Origin: Rhodosorus marinus CCMP1338
Taxonomy: Eukaryota; Plantae; Rhodophyta
Length of the DNA stretch: 64,000 nucleotides
NCBI GenBank assembly: GCA_029953675.1
Contig: JAMWBK010000004.1
Span: 2,418,001 to 2,482,000, forward strand
Reading direction: 5' to 3'
Below the pieces are notes generated by a model that was given only the letters and a program-made list of their open reading frames with translations, was not told the origin of the DNA and made no database searches. The translations under genes were made by a program, and so were the position numbers. Positions 33,985-46,283 of this stretch are shown one piece after another (the first letter of the stretch is position 1; each line of letters opens with the position of its first letter).

Positions 33985-36751
33985 ATGGAGCGGATGAAAG
34001 CTATGAGGAGTCTCGGGAGACTTCGAAGCATCAGATGGATTCAATCTCGAGCTCTGAGACTCGAGGTCAGCGAGAGGTCGAAGCGCGCTACGTTCAAGGG
34101 CCAGGAATACTACCGGAAGGAGAACTACTTAATGGGATCCCCCAAGCGAAACATTATCAAGAGCCTGAAAAAAGTGGAGATGCTGAGCGGACCACTTGAA
34201 AGCGAAGACATAATCTTGATATGGAAGAAGCTTGCGATTCGAGATGCTGTTGAAGAAATGATTCAAGTGGCTAAATTCGCCGCGATGAGGGAGGTGAGGG
34301 GGATACGAATAGGAACATGCCAATCGAGTTCATCTCCTGAACAAGCCCGACTCACTCTATGATACAGATTCCTGTAAGTCCTAAGATGCTTGGTCAGTTG
34401 CTCGGAGCTATGTACAGAAGGGAAATGTACGCAGATCTCACCAACATATACGAAAAATATTCAACGATAACCGACTTGAAAACAAAAATTATCGCTATGA
34501 AGTCCCTTGGTTATGTACGGGCCTCTACATCTCATGCGATCTTTCGATCAAACGCCCAAAATTAAGATTGCGTGGCCTGCTCTTCTCTGTTATAGCTTCA
34601 CAGACTCAACGAAGCGATCGCCATATATGAAGAATTGATCGAGGTTGATGATCAGGATCCCAGGATATATGTCGGAATGATTAATGCGTACTCGAAATCT
34701 GAGAAGCCCCTGGACGGAGTCAAAGTCTTTGAAGCCATGAAGCGGGCCAACGTTCCTCCTTCCGTCCGAAGCTACAACTCGGTATTGCATTGCTGCCACG
34801 TTGGGCGGAACATGAACCTTGCGCTCGAGCATCTCGGACAAATGAGGCAAGAGAAGGTACTTGCCTAAGCCAACGAATTCTTCTCCTGCGTACTAAGTTC
34901 ACTTCGAAGGGGAATTTTTCTCAAGTGCTCTGAATCACTATCCATGGTTTGTCGTAATAGATCGAACCCGATTCCGTTACCCTTGGCATTCTTATGGACA
35001 CCGCAGTCAAATGCGGTCGAATCGATGAAGCTTTACAGATGGCTTCCGCGGCTGAAGGCACAAGCTCAGCCCAGAGCGAACAATTTATTGGCACGCTCGT
35101 AAGCGCCGTGGTCAAAGCTGGCAGAACGAACGAAGCGAAGGAGTTGCTTAGGAGAGATTGGGGCGCCGATTTAAAGCCTTCGAACCAAGCGTATTATACC
35201 GTCATTAACAGTTTGGTGAGAGAGGAGGCACTAACAGAGGCAGTCGGGCTTTTCGAAGAGATGAAGAAAAGGAAGATTCCACCCTCTGCGAAAACTTACG
35301 GTTTGCTCATGCAAAGCTTTGCGAGGAAAAGGAAGGGCATTGTCTGCTTAGAGCTTGCTGGAGAGATGATTGAAGGAGGGCTGCAACCAGACGGTAAGTG
35401 GCTTCGGGAAAGAATTGCTACAAGCTCTTGGGCCGTACTGATGTGATTCTTCACGTCTCAGGGCGAGGCCACAAAGCGTTAGTGGCTGTGGCTGCAAGCT
35501 ATGATCGAGCCCTGGAAATCGTTCGAAGCTGGAATATTTCCCCCCTAGAGAGGTACATGCAGCTCTTAGACTACTGTGCTAAGCGCGGAGACGCGGAGAA
35601 GGTTGCGACAACTCTAGACACCATTCGACAGAGTGGCTTTGGAGAATTGATTGACAGGCAGGATCACTCCATCATGGATAAAGTTGTTATGGCGTACGCA
35701 AACGCTAAGAAACCAGAGGTAATTCAGCTTAGTGACGTGCGCGTTGTTTGAAGGGGGGAGCAAAGGGAGCAAAGTGATAACGCAAGATTGTTATCATGCC
35801 GTAGGAAATAGCCGAAGTTATGGAAGGGATGGAAAAGAATGGTATAACGCCGAGCGATGATGCTTATGCGTCGCTGCTGAACCTTTTAATAAGAACGGGG
35901 AACTACGAATCCGGAAAGCAATTGTGGAGGCATCTTGTAAAAAGGAAGGAACCTCCCGCTCAAAGAGTATTTTTGATGGCAATCAAGCTATGCATGGCAG
36001 AGAGGCGCAACTTTCAGGCGGAGCGTGCGGTGAGATCTGTTCCAATCAATCCCAGTCGGGACGAAGAGGAGCTTTCATGTCTAAAGCCCTTGTCTTCCGT
36101 AACCTGCAGCACATGCGGATGATCAGTATTTATGGACCGGATATCACCGCTTTCAATACTATGTTGCTGGGGTACGCCCGGCAGAAGTACTACTATCGCG
36201 AGGTTCTCATGCTTCTAGAAGAAATGAAGATGCGAGGATTGCAGCCTAACGCGATGACTAGGAGAGCCTTCTTTATCGCCACGATACGAAGACGCGACCG
36301 TATTTTGCGAGGAAGGCCATACACAGTATTTTGCGATATTTTGGAGAGGGGAGAAGCAGGCTTGAGAGAGTATAAACTCATTCTCAAACATCTAGTGGAC
36401 AGAAGGTTTTCGAGAGTGGTAGTCGAGCAAGCCCAGGCTGTAATTGCCGAGATGAAGCGGAGGAAAGTGCAACCTGATTCTGAGTTGATGCTGTGGGCTA
36501 GAGTCATAAGAAGAAGGTACGAACCGAGCACGAACTAAACCTGAGGCTCGGCCGGTGTGGTATTTGAATTAAGCCCGGATGCTTATTGGAGAAACATGTC
36601 ATTTTGTCTCCGCAGGCAATCGTGGTATCAACATGAGCAAAGGAACAAGCGAGAAGCGGAAAAGGACGCTGTGGACCAATCTTTGAAGATCCTCGAGGAG
36701 GGTATTACCGAAGCACAGAAATCACCAGAAGGAGAGTTGTCCACTGTGTGA
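33985..36751 (+). CDS. Pentatricopeptide repeat (PPR) protein, probably organelle-targeted, multi-exon
   Basis: 35-aa helical repeats such as IYVGMINAYSKSEKPLDGVKVFEAMKRANVPPSV, AYYTVINSLVREEALTEAVGLFEEMKKRKIPPSA and AFNTMLLGYARQ...LLEEMKMRGLQPNA. R-rich N-terminus. A last intron 36517-36616 joins in phase to an exon ending at TGA 36751. Confidence 0.88.
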
Positions 36752-36994
36752 GCACAGTCATGTCCCTTCTTTATACTAACGTGGATGGAACACTCATAGC
36801 CTGATCGAAATGGGACCGATCGGGTCAGATAAGCTTCGTGGAATTGTTCGGGAGATGATGCGGGGATACTTTAGAGATCGTGGTCTTAGGCAATTGTCTA
36901 TTTTGTACAGGCATTTATTGTTATTGCGCTTAACTGAGTTTTGTAATCACAAACTAACCAGACTTTCGAAATGGAAAAAATATTTTTGAAAACC

Positions 36995-37835
36995 TCAAGA
37001 AGTATCGCCTGGCTTGGATGACCCTCCGGCTTCCAAGCTCGCGCAGGAGGCTGCCAGGCGCCCATTTTTAAATAAGAGCGAGCTGTATCGAGCCCGAAGG
37101 TCTTGAAGCTCCTTTCCATAGCGCAGCTGTTCATTTTTCCTCTTTCTGTTCACGTTCTCCACCTGTTCGTGGTCGTTCGGAGAAAAACCTGATTAGTTCT
37201 CTTCGGGCCGTAAAGCCTGGGGTGAACAGTAGCGGGGAAGCTTCACCACTCACATCCTTTTTGGTAGCCTCGAGCTCAGCCTTTACTCTTGCAATGGCGA
37301 GTTCAATTTCTCTGTTCGCCAGCAGCCAAGAGTTGGATCCGTACTTCTGAAGCAACTCCAAGTTGAGCATCTTTTCAACTCGTGCCTGATACTGTGCGTC
37401 AGCGCTGTCCAATGCAATCTTGGACACGCACGCCGAGACGAAGAGAGATCGTTCAATCATGAGTTTCATTGAATCGCGCTAGGTCGGACGGTTCTATGCC
37501 AGACGGCTGCTGTAGCTTACCTGCCAGGCATCAGCTTGCTTTGAGTTTGCTGCCGGTACCGGGGTGGCGAAACTCCAAGAAAAATCTACTTCGTCAGCAG
37601 GTAGTCCCGCCTCTATTCTCTCCAACTCCGCGGCTGCGAGTGGAGCACTCTTAAAATCTAGCTCCGGCGCCGCGGGCAATTTTCTCCTGACGGGATTTCT
37701 CTTGAACTCATCCTTCACCATTTGTTGCGCCTTGTTTCTCACCCCAGGTTCAAGAAGCTCACTATCAACATACGGAAGAGCATCGATCACCAACCTCTCC
37801 GCCTTCTCTACGACTTTCACAACTGCCAACTCCAT
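36995..37835 (-). CDS. BCAS2: Prp19-complex splicing factor SPF27/BCAS2, 3 exons
   Basis: IDALPYVD, NLELLQKYGSNSWL and VENVNRKRKNEQ motifs across GT-AG introns. Confidence 0.9.
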
Positions 37836-38137
37836 TATCAATCGCCTTCAGGCCACTTTGGATTAATCTTAATAGCCTATCAGCTAGCTCAATCAACGAC
37901 TTTCTTACTAAGCAACACTTTCAATCCCTCAATCCTTCCCTCCCATCCTAATCTGCAAACCATCGTCATCAACTCATTCACCGCCAAAGTTTATGTAGCC
38001 TCAGAGCGGACTGATAGATCAGAATTGGTTCCTGCTCTGTGGTCTGATATCGATCATTCTAGTTCTTTTGCACATGAGATGGAAAGTCCAAGGACATTGA
38101 GCTGGTGAAGAAGTCGATCTTCTCAACTTAAAAGGAT

Positions 38138-39191
38138 TTATAATATCCGTGTTTACTTCCGAACAGAACGAGGCCTCGTAGCAGAACACTAAGGACGTCC
38201 CAGGCAGTAATGGTTGAAGATGATCAGAATGGTTCGTCAACAGGCAGAGCTACGTGTTGCTGTGAAAAGTTTCCGAGTACTCCACTGCACCAAAGACTTC
38301 TGCCTCAACAATAGAACATGGCTTCTGAGCTAGCCGCTACGAAGCGTATGCCTTCTGAGTGCGGATGCGCTAATGAGGGAGGTCGAACATCGATTTCCTA
38401 GTCGAGTTCATCGCTCTATGAACCTCGTCTCGAGACGGAAATCTACATGTAAGTTTTTCTGCATTAGGAAGAGGGCCAGGTGGCTTTTCAGGGTGTCCTT
38501 GCACATCGGGTCACACGGACTTCTGTTAAAAATCAGCCCTGAACAAGGATGGACTGAAGAGGGTGTTAAAGCCACCCTCTTCAGCCAGGCTTCCCATATG
38601 TATTGGATTTTACATAATCTGCGTCGAGAGACTTCGACTATGGTCACTAGTGATCGACGATCTGTCATTTATGCAGAAGCCTTCACTTCGAATCTCGTGA
38701 AGCCTTTCACCCTCAAGAACAGGACTGGGTGTTTGGCCTCAAGCCCGAGTCCCTTCGAACTAGGAGAAGCATAAAGAGCACTTTCGATCTTTGCGGGTCG
38801 GTCAGGATCGTATTCGAGAACGGCGAGTTTGGTCTTGGTAAGCTTTTTGGAGTTGGAGGTAGTGTGCTTGAGGAACCCATAGCACATGACTTCTTCCTGC
38901 TCGTGGGACGCGATTTAACTGGACTTGCCAAAAATCTGGAAGTTTGGGGTTGTCAAGACCTGTTGATTCTTCATCATCATGGGAGCCCGGGGGAATAGTT
39001 TTCAGCCGAATATGCGCCTGTATAAGAAGAGGTTTGGGTTTTTCGCGAGGCTTCGGTACCACCCGCAGCTGGTGAAAGCTGAGCGTTTGAGGAACATCCT
39101 GAGGAAAGGGAAATTCTTTACGAAGAATCTCAACAAGAGGATGGTTAAAGTGTTCAAACCTCCGTTCACGAGGAAAACGGATGAAATCTGA
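38138..39191 (+). pseudogene. Probable decayed protein-coding gene
   Basis: One + frame has about 7 internal stops in about 350 codons (about 16 expected at random), with a 147-codon open stretch at 38334-38774 and a relic GTAAGT donor at 38449. No intact gene can be built. Confidence 0.45.
38554..38584. repeat. Perfect 12-bp inverted repeat (hairpin) with a 7-nt loop
   Basis: CTGAAGAGGGTG-ttaaagc-CACCCTCTTCAG. Confidence 0.95.
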
Positions 39192-39767
39192 TAGTCTGAG
39201 CGTTCGTGATAACCGTTATCATCTACGAAAGAAACGACGGCGAGCACTCGACGAATAGAAATACTAACAAACCCATGAAGGAGGCCATGGTACGTAGGCG
39301 ATGATCACTTCCGCAACTCTATGAAAGCGGATTATCCTTTTTCTACTATAAACAAAGAAAAGCGAGCAGTTAACCCCTGTTAACTCCACAATAGAGCTGT
39401 CAAGTCCGCGTTCACCAGCGTTGTTAACAGTTCGAGAATAAATCTGAGGTCTTGCACCCTCCAAGTTGGTACAGCGAGCCATCTATCTTAGATATTACTC
39501 TCAACACACGTCAAAGCGTCCTATTAGACCTGTACACTTCACTCTTCGGCGTCTAGAGCGAATTCTTTGACCGTGGCCCTAGACGTGATACATATCCCTG
39601 CTTAGTATACGTCTGACACGTGGGGGGAAACCACTACAAGCAGCCCGGCACGCAATTTCGCGAAGATCTTGTACATTGGGATTGTGATTCAGAGCGTCGG
39701 ACTTGGCTCTTGCAACCGGGGGCCCTGCTACTCTTCGCCGTATGCCAATCTCACTTTCACGGAACTC

Positions 39768-41108
39768 TCACCTGCAGAACGCCTGAGCTAGTTCCACTAC
39801 AGTTTCGCCGCGCATGTTCATGTCCTTCTCCGTACAGGTTTCACACAACGGGAGCCTATCCTCACTTCCTTGGGACTTGCCAGATCGATCCGCTTCCTCG
39901 CCAACGAGGACATCTCTACAAGCGCAAGCTGGACACAGCATAGCGGCCTCGTTCTTCCTGAGCTTTGCTGCCGTCCTCAAAACGGTCGTCGAGGTGGACG
40001 GCTGAATACCGACGATACATGGTCAAAAGCGCGGCCTGCTTTGGGTTTCTCGGAAGTCCAACATGAATCATCCCTTACCTGCATCTCCTGCAGTTGGAGG
40101 ACGAACTTCTCGGTGGTTTGGGTTAACGAAGAGTCGAGCGAACTGAAAAACTCCGTGGAGACGGCATACTTATCCACCTTTCTCAGTCGCGCATAACGGG
40201 TCACATGACGCGCACTCAGCTCCATGAATGGTCTGCCGATTCTGACACTTCCATACTCCATGGCTGGCGAGACCTATTCAGAAGGAGAGAGATTCATCCT
40301 TGGTTCCTAGTTTTCAATCCCAGCAGCAAACAGCTTCGAAAGCACTTACCTCGTCAGGGATCGCACCACCTCTGCCTTTGACAGTTTTGGCCATCACATC
40401 GACGGCAAGGTCTGTTGCATTCGAAGAGACGAGCAGTACTGAGCACTCCATAGCCCTTAAATGTCACGGAAAAGACCAGGTTTCAGGGGGGAACTTGTGT
40501 CGGCTTTTAGGGCCTTGGGGCAGTTTGGGTTTACATACTTTGTCTTGTCAATGAGTGAGCTGCGAACGGCACCCTGAACAAGATCAATTCGGTCGTCCAA
40601 GTCACGAATGCTCTTCAAAGTTGTTACAATCGACTCCTCCAGTTGGACCTCCTGGAATTCGAATCCAAACAAATTGGCCAGCGACTCCATAGATTCCTAT
40701 GTATAGGAAACGGGACTTAGATCAACTTAGTCACACGGCTCCTTCACCTTTGCTGCTGGCCGAAGGAGCGCGTATGGTTGCTCTCACCTTTCCCTTCTCC
40801 CCGCTTCCGAAAAGTTCCATAGGCAACTGTACGTGGAGTACTATCACTTCGAAGCTCATCCTCGAGGCTTTTCTCTTCGGGCCAGGCTTCAAGCACTCAT
40901 CCAGAATGGCCATTAGCGCCGCAGACGAGGTGGACGGTGGGTTACTGCTGACGCAAATCCTGCTCTTGAACATGGCAAGCCGATTTCTAGACAAAATCAC
41001 TTTCACAGAGTGCATCGTTACTACACAAAAGCAGTCCTCGCACCTTGCTCCGTCCGTAGTCCATATTATTCCTTCCCCTGTTCTACATTTGCCGCATTTT
41101 CTTTCCAT
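39768..41108 (-). CDS. CTU2: Cytoplasmic tRNA 2-thiolation protein 2 (Ncs2); the 3' end may extend via a GTGAGA intron to about 39635
   Basis: N-terminal CxxC...CxxCF, a degenerate PP-loop (SSNPPSTSSAALMAIL), AVDVMAKTVKGRGGAIP, IGRPF, PSTSTTVLRTAAKL and C-terminal CPAC...LCETC. Confidence 0.8.
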
Positions 41109-41883
41109 CTCACACTCGCGTGCATTGGCAAGGCACTGTCTTGCCTGCAGAAAATCTCAACGCATCAAACAGAAGCACCTAAATCATACCACAAACTCCA
41201 TTGGCAATGCTCGGCACGTTCGCCTCTATCCAATAGCACATGCCTCCAGTTGCTTCCTGGTGATGCAACCATCCCCTAAGCATCGATACAAAACGTTCCG
41301 GCAGCCGGGCAGCAATTGATAGTTGCTCGCATGTAAGGCCAAAAAAGATGCGTTCAGCGATGATGAGTTTACGGAGCACAATCAATGTCAGTATCGTTGA
41401 GCACTTTCAAGAAGTCCAGCTTGTTGGTGGACTATTGCAGGTCGCGGTTCTTGTAGACTGTACGGAAGGAGGTATCAGCTGATCTCATGTCTAGTTTCAT
41501 TGAGCGAAAAGCGTATAAGAAGGCGATAGCTGGGGAACAAGAGACGCTAAGATAGCGAGAGAAGCCCCTGTTCTCAATGAAGAGGCACCAACAACAGCTG
41601 CCCGAGCCCTTGCCCAGCCCCTTGGGGGTATATGGTTCTGTCAGGTCAACGAGGGGAGAAAAGATTTCCCGCTCCGTTCACTGGTTTAGAAAACGTTCAT
41701 GAGCATGTCAGGCCAAAAGAAACGAAAAATATGTTTAGTTTAACAAAATGAGTAAGCTCACGACGGATTCCTGCTCGGAGGAATTGGTCACCTCATGACG
41801 AGAAGGAAGCACCGTATGAGCACATCCAAGAAACTATGGGGAAGATGTGGGAAAAACGTCAAGTTTGGAATATATGACTCTGA

Positions 41884-42480
41884 AGGCAAGAACTCATACG
41901 CCGCAGGCTATTCATCCCACGGAGAAGGGGGCTCCAGGTAACGAGAGTGCTCAAGGTGCGCCGATCCAAAACGCGTTGGATAGATCAGCCCCACCGGTAC
42001 GAGATACATAGAATCCTGAAGATCGCCACCCTCTTGAAAACCTGATCCGAGAACGGCACCACATCAGCGTACCCTGGGAATTACCCGGGAACAGACCAAC
42101 CTACTGAAACGATTCATACGGAGGAAACGCCCTTCGCGACCCGTACCCATGAACAACAAAAAGGGGATCTCGACCTGGACCATAACTTGTTCGATCTATT
42201 AGACAACTACTAAGATCGATGCACAATTCGACAAGCACTTAGTCTACAGAAAGTAGAAGGGCTAAAGATCGCCTAGACACGGCTCGAAAAAAGATGTCAG
42301 CACCTTCAGATCTGTCTCAAATACGACGATGAATCGAAAGGTTTCAAATTCTTTACCGACACATTGAGCGTAAACTTGTAGGAAGTCCTCGGAAGAGCCT
42401 CAGAGCATGTCGCTTACTCAGACTCCCACAATCTGAATTATGAAGACCACAACGATCATTTATCAATGCCAAACCCACCA
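41884..42480 (+). pseudogene. Probable decayed protein-coding gene
   Basis: A single + frame with 4 stops (42043, 42211, 42274, 42379) in about 199 codons and protein-like composition (e.g. DLDLDHNLFDLLDNY*DRCTIRQALSLQKVEGLKIA*). Confidence 0.35.
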
Positions 42481-42958
42481 CCCCAGCTGAAAACAAGTTC
42501 AATCATTCCGCAAATAATGATTATGTTCAATCATTATTACTGGGTGGTAACTGAGGAATCAAAGATACTGCCGAGATGAGATTTGGCATATTTTATTGGT
42601 GAGAGGGTTTGGATATTAACGAATGATAATTCGTCAAACTGGAGCTATTTATGAATTACACTAATATTATTCGTACTACGTTTTTTCTTAGGTAAGTATT
42701 GATTCAGAGATCGAAATGGGCTCTTTAGGTTATTTGAAAAAAAGAAACAAATGTCCAGTGAATATCTGTAAGCAGATGGATTGATTTTTTTTTGTTCGGA
42801 GAGGTCATTGAAAGATTCGATGTATTGGCTGAGGATATGGCCTTTGTGGGTATATAGGGCTGATAGAGCAGTGCCTGTGGACTGAGAATTTGGAACTCAG
42901 AGGAGTGAGTTCTCTGGCCCTTTTTAAAGCGGGTGGTGCTGATAAGCAGGAAACAGAA

Positions 42959-44186
42959 ATGGGACCTGTTGCTTTTGTTGGTCTCGTGAGTTTGGCTGAG
43001 AGAACTGCCGGAAGGGGTCGGAGAAGATCCTGTCTGGTGCGAGCTGCGGATGAGGAATCGAAGTCCCGGGTGGGATACTCGCTTATACAGTTCTTGTTGG
43101 GCCTGCAGCTGGATAGTAGAGTAGGAACTGGCACAGAATGGTCCCCGGAACTCACGAAGCTTACATATTCGGTGTCGTTTGGATGCAAGCGAATTCATCG
43201 GCTTCTAGAAATGGCTGCGTTGCGAGATGAGCAGTTCGTCATGACCAGGGCGAATTCGATAATGAAGAGTTCGCTGTGGAGAAACAATAGGTTAGCAGTC
43301 ATCTCTTCACAGCAGGAATACAAGGCGCTTATGGTTGGCGAAAACTTTCTGGAAGAGTTTGTTTGCGTCTTTAATCCTTTGGATTGCTATGACGGAGTTA
43401 AAGCTGGAATACCCTCAGCGACTACTTTTGGGGTTTACCGCAGGAACCTGAGCTGTCTAGCATCCAACTTTCAGTCAAAAATTAACGAAGAGGAAATATC
43501 TTGTCTCCAGACGACCCTTCAGCCTGGATCTAGCCTACTGCTAGCTGGTTATTGCACATATTCTTCCGCCACCGTTCTTACCCTCTGTGTGGGCTCCAAA
43601 GTTCACATCTTCAGTCTTGACGATGAAATCGGAGAGTTTGTGCTCACAAGGGAAAACGTCCGAGTGCCTGATAAGGGATACACGTATACGTTCGAGGAGT
43701 CCTTAATGCCAACGTGGTCGGGCAACCTGCAGCAGCACATCCTTAACCTACGTGAGCAGGAAGGACCATTCGGCGAGAGCTACGAGAGCAGGTAACAAGC
43801 CAAGACGTAGCCCGACTAAAGATAGACAAGGTGAAGTGGAGGCTCTGCCGCCGGTATTTTATAGTGATCTAATACTTCCCTCACCATCCTCGCCTTCCGG
43901 CAATCTCAGGTTTATCGGATCGTTTGTTGCTGATGCACATCGAATTCTTCTCCATGGCGGTGTGCTTGGTGTTCCTGGTGACGTATTCGACAATCCAAAG
44001 GGCTTTAAACTTTTGGTTTACGAGTGCTCTCCTCTCGCCTATATTTTCAAATGTGCGGGAGGAGACAGTACTGACGGGCGAGGCTCTGTCCTTGATACGA
44101 TTCCGAGCACATTGAAGCAAGTGTCTCCGATATTCCTCGGATCCAAGCAGAACGTACGAGAACTGGTGGCAGCGCTGAAGAGCTAG
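42959..44186 (+). CDS. Plastid-targeted fructose-1,6-bisphosphatase (class I)-like protein, predicted catalytically inactive
   Basis: Transit peptide MGPVAFVG. Collinear FBPase motifs ELTKL, FNPLD, FGVY, LQPG..L.AGY..YSSATVL, FSLDDEIGEFVLT, RFIGSFVADAHRILLHGG, LVYECSPLAY, AGG and IFLGS. One intron at 43792-43909. Confidence 0.9.
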
Positions 44187-44475
44187 AAGTGCTCTAGCAA
44201 AGCTCGCTTCATCGACGAGAACGCCATACTGACTTTGTTCAATTTTATCCTCATCACCTAAAACTTTTAAGATCACGGCTCCAGGCCACAACTCGCTTAA
44301 AGCAAAAACTCGCTCAAAAAGAAAGCACCCCCTAAAAACGTTGGCATCTAAATAAGATCTGTTCAATTTCAACATCCCTCCTCCCCCCTTCCCCACTTTC
44401 TACCAGCCCATTCGGTAGCACAAAAAGTCTTGGCACTCCTTGGGCATCTAACATCTACGGTATGTTGCTGCTTCT

Positions 44476-46283
44476 TCACTTCGGTACGTATGGGAATTCT
44501 GCGTACGTTCGTGATTGCTCCTTGTCTTCGCCTTCAAACCCGAGAGCTCGGCCATAGTTCGTAACTTGACCCCCTTCCGCAACTTCAATGGTAATGTTCG
44601 ACTTGGAGCCAAACTGTATTGCATCAACTGCGAGTTTGGCTATGTCATCTCTGGGCACCTAATTGGGGCCACAATGAACAAGCACGTGAGACTTCAATCT
44701 CTACCGAGCCGCGAAAGGTCTGCGTGACTCGTACTAGCGGACATACCTTTCCTTTCAATGTGTCCCCCTGAGAGTACTGCAGCCTACCAGATGGATTTTC
44801 TTCCGTAAGTGCACATGGTCGAACTATGAGATACGGAACCCCCGCTTGGCGAATACAGTCTTCACCAGCAAGTTTCCAGTCTAAGATCCGTCCGAGCATC
44901 TCGTTCATTCGAACAGCCGGGGGTTCCTTCTCAAGGTCAGGGAATTCGTCCTATGGATAGAGGCGTCACGACTGAGCAGAGCGACAAAAGCGAATTCCGT
45001 CGAGATGTGAAGACGGAAGCAGTGATAAGTACCTTTCGATGTACTCTGGTCACACCAGCAGTTGAGATGTGAACCACCTTCGGAGCGTTCGAGTACGTGG
45101 ATATGCTTTCTACCTCTAGCACGAAACGGCCCGCTGTAAAGTTCGGGTTTAGCTTTCCGTCGTACTCAAACTTGGAAAGCATTAGCTGAAAAGATCGAAC
45201 TTGTCGCGGATCAAATTTGGCGTCAACAGTTTTGGCACGAAACACTGGTGTGAGCTCGTCAAAGGGAACTTGCACGTCTATCCATTGGTCCTGCATTGTA
45301 GGCAGCGAGAGCGTTAGCCAAAGCAGAGGAAAGGAACCTATTTCTTGAAAGGGCGGTGGCCGACTCAAACTTCGTACTTCAACGGTGTCGAACGAGTAGG
45401 AGAAGCCCACTCCATCCCATTTTTCCTCCGTCCTGACGATGAACTTGAACCGATTCCCGTCTCCTTTCACCCTCAAAGAAAACCCGAGCGCGGAAGGGCT
45501 CAGTTGCAGTGGTTTATCGGATGTACGACTTCGGACAGATGCAAAACCTCCATTGTTTGCTGTGGAAACGAATCCATCAAAGACCCCGTTGCCGTCCACG
45601 ATTCGAATATTGCTCTCGCTGACTCCGCCCATTACTATATCGTCAATAATCCCCCACATTTTCTTGGCGTCCTCGACGTTTTCGAAGCTTAGAATCTTGG
45701 TCGTATTCCCTCCCAACAGTTTGGTCTTTTCAGCCAACTCCTTGATGCCTCTGTATTCAACATTCTCTGGAGTATCTTGCAAAATCACTGGCGGGTAGAA
45801 CACGACGCCTTGATAATACTTTTCTCTATCTGGAGTATCATCTGTGGGTCCCACCATAGTTCCCGTACACGAGACAACCGCAGTCGCACCCTTGAAAAAG
45901 TCTTCATGGAGATTGTAAAGGTCTGATACTAGCAGATCAACATTGTCAGCGTCCGCCCCAAGGATCTTTCTCGCCCTCTCCTCTGACCTAACGAGCGCCC
46001 TCACTTTGTATCCCCGTTTCAAAAACTCTCTCACAACCCGCTTACCAACACCACCGGTCGCCCCAGTCACTATAACCGTTCCCTTCTCCCCGGGAGACTG
46101 GAAAGACTTTGGCGGCGGATTCATCATCTCACCGATCGGAGTGAAGAACACAAAATCCTTCAGGAACCTCGCAACCGGCCAAGGTTTCCTCCCCTCCGCT
46201 GCCAGTCTAACACATTTCCCAGCACTTCCACTCCTCACCCCACGATAGATCCCTGTCCCATTCACAAACCCCGCTTCAGCCAT
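44476..46283 (-). CDS. Plastid-targeted NAD(P)-binding Rossmann protein with an inserted CIA30 domain, multi-exon
   Basis: Transit peptide MAEAGFVNG. VIVTGATGGVGKRVV (Rossmann), WGIIDDIVMGGVSES and GFVSTANNGGFASVR (CIA30), then KLAGEDCIRQAGVPYLIVRPCALTE and GDTLKG...RDDIA (Rossmann C-half). Confidence 0.88.

Noticed and set aside
42890-42958. Upstream TTG/GTG starts given by the ORF track (also 13775, 27316, 33949, 46322, 56514)
   Set aside because: This is eukaryotic DNA; downstream ATGs give clean transit peptides or conserved N-termini.
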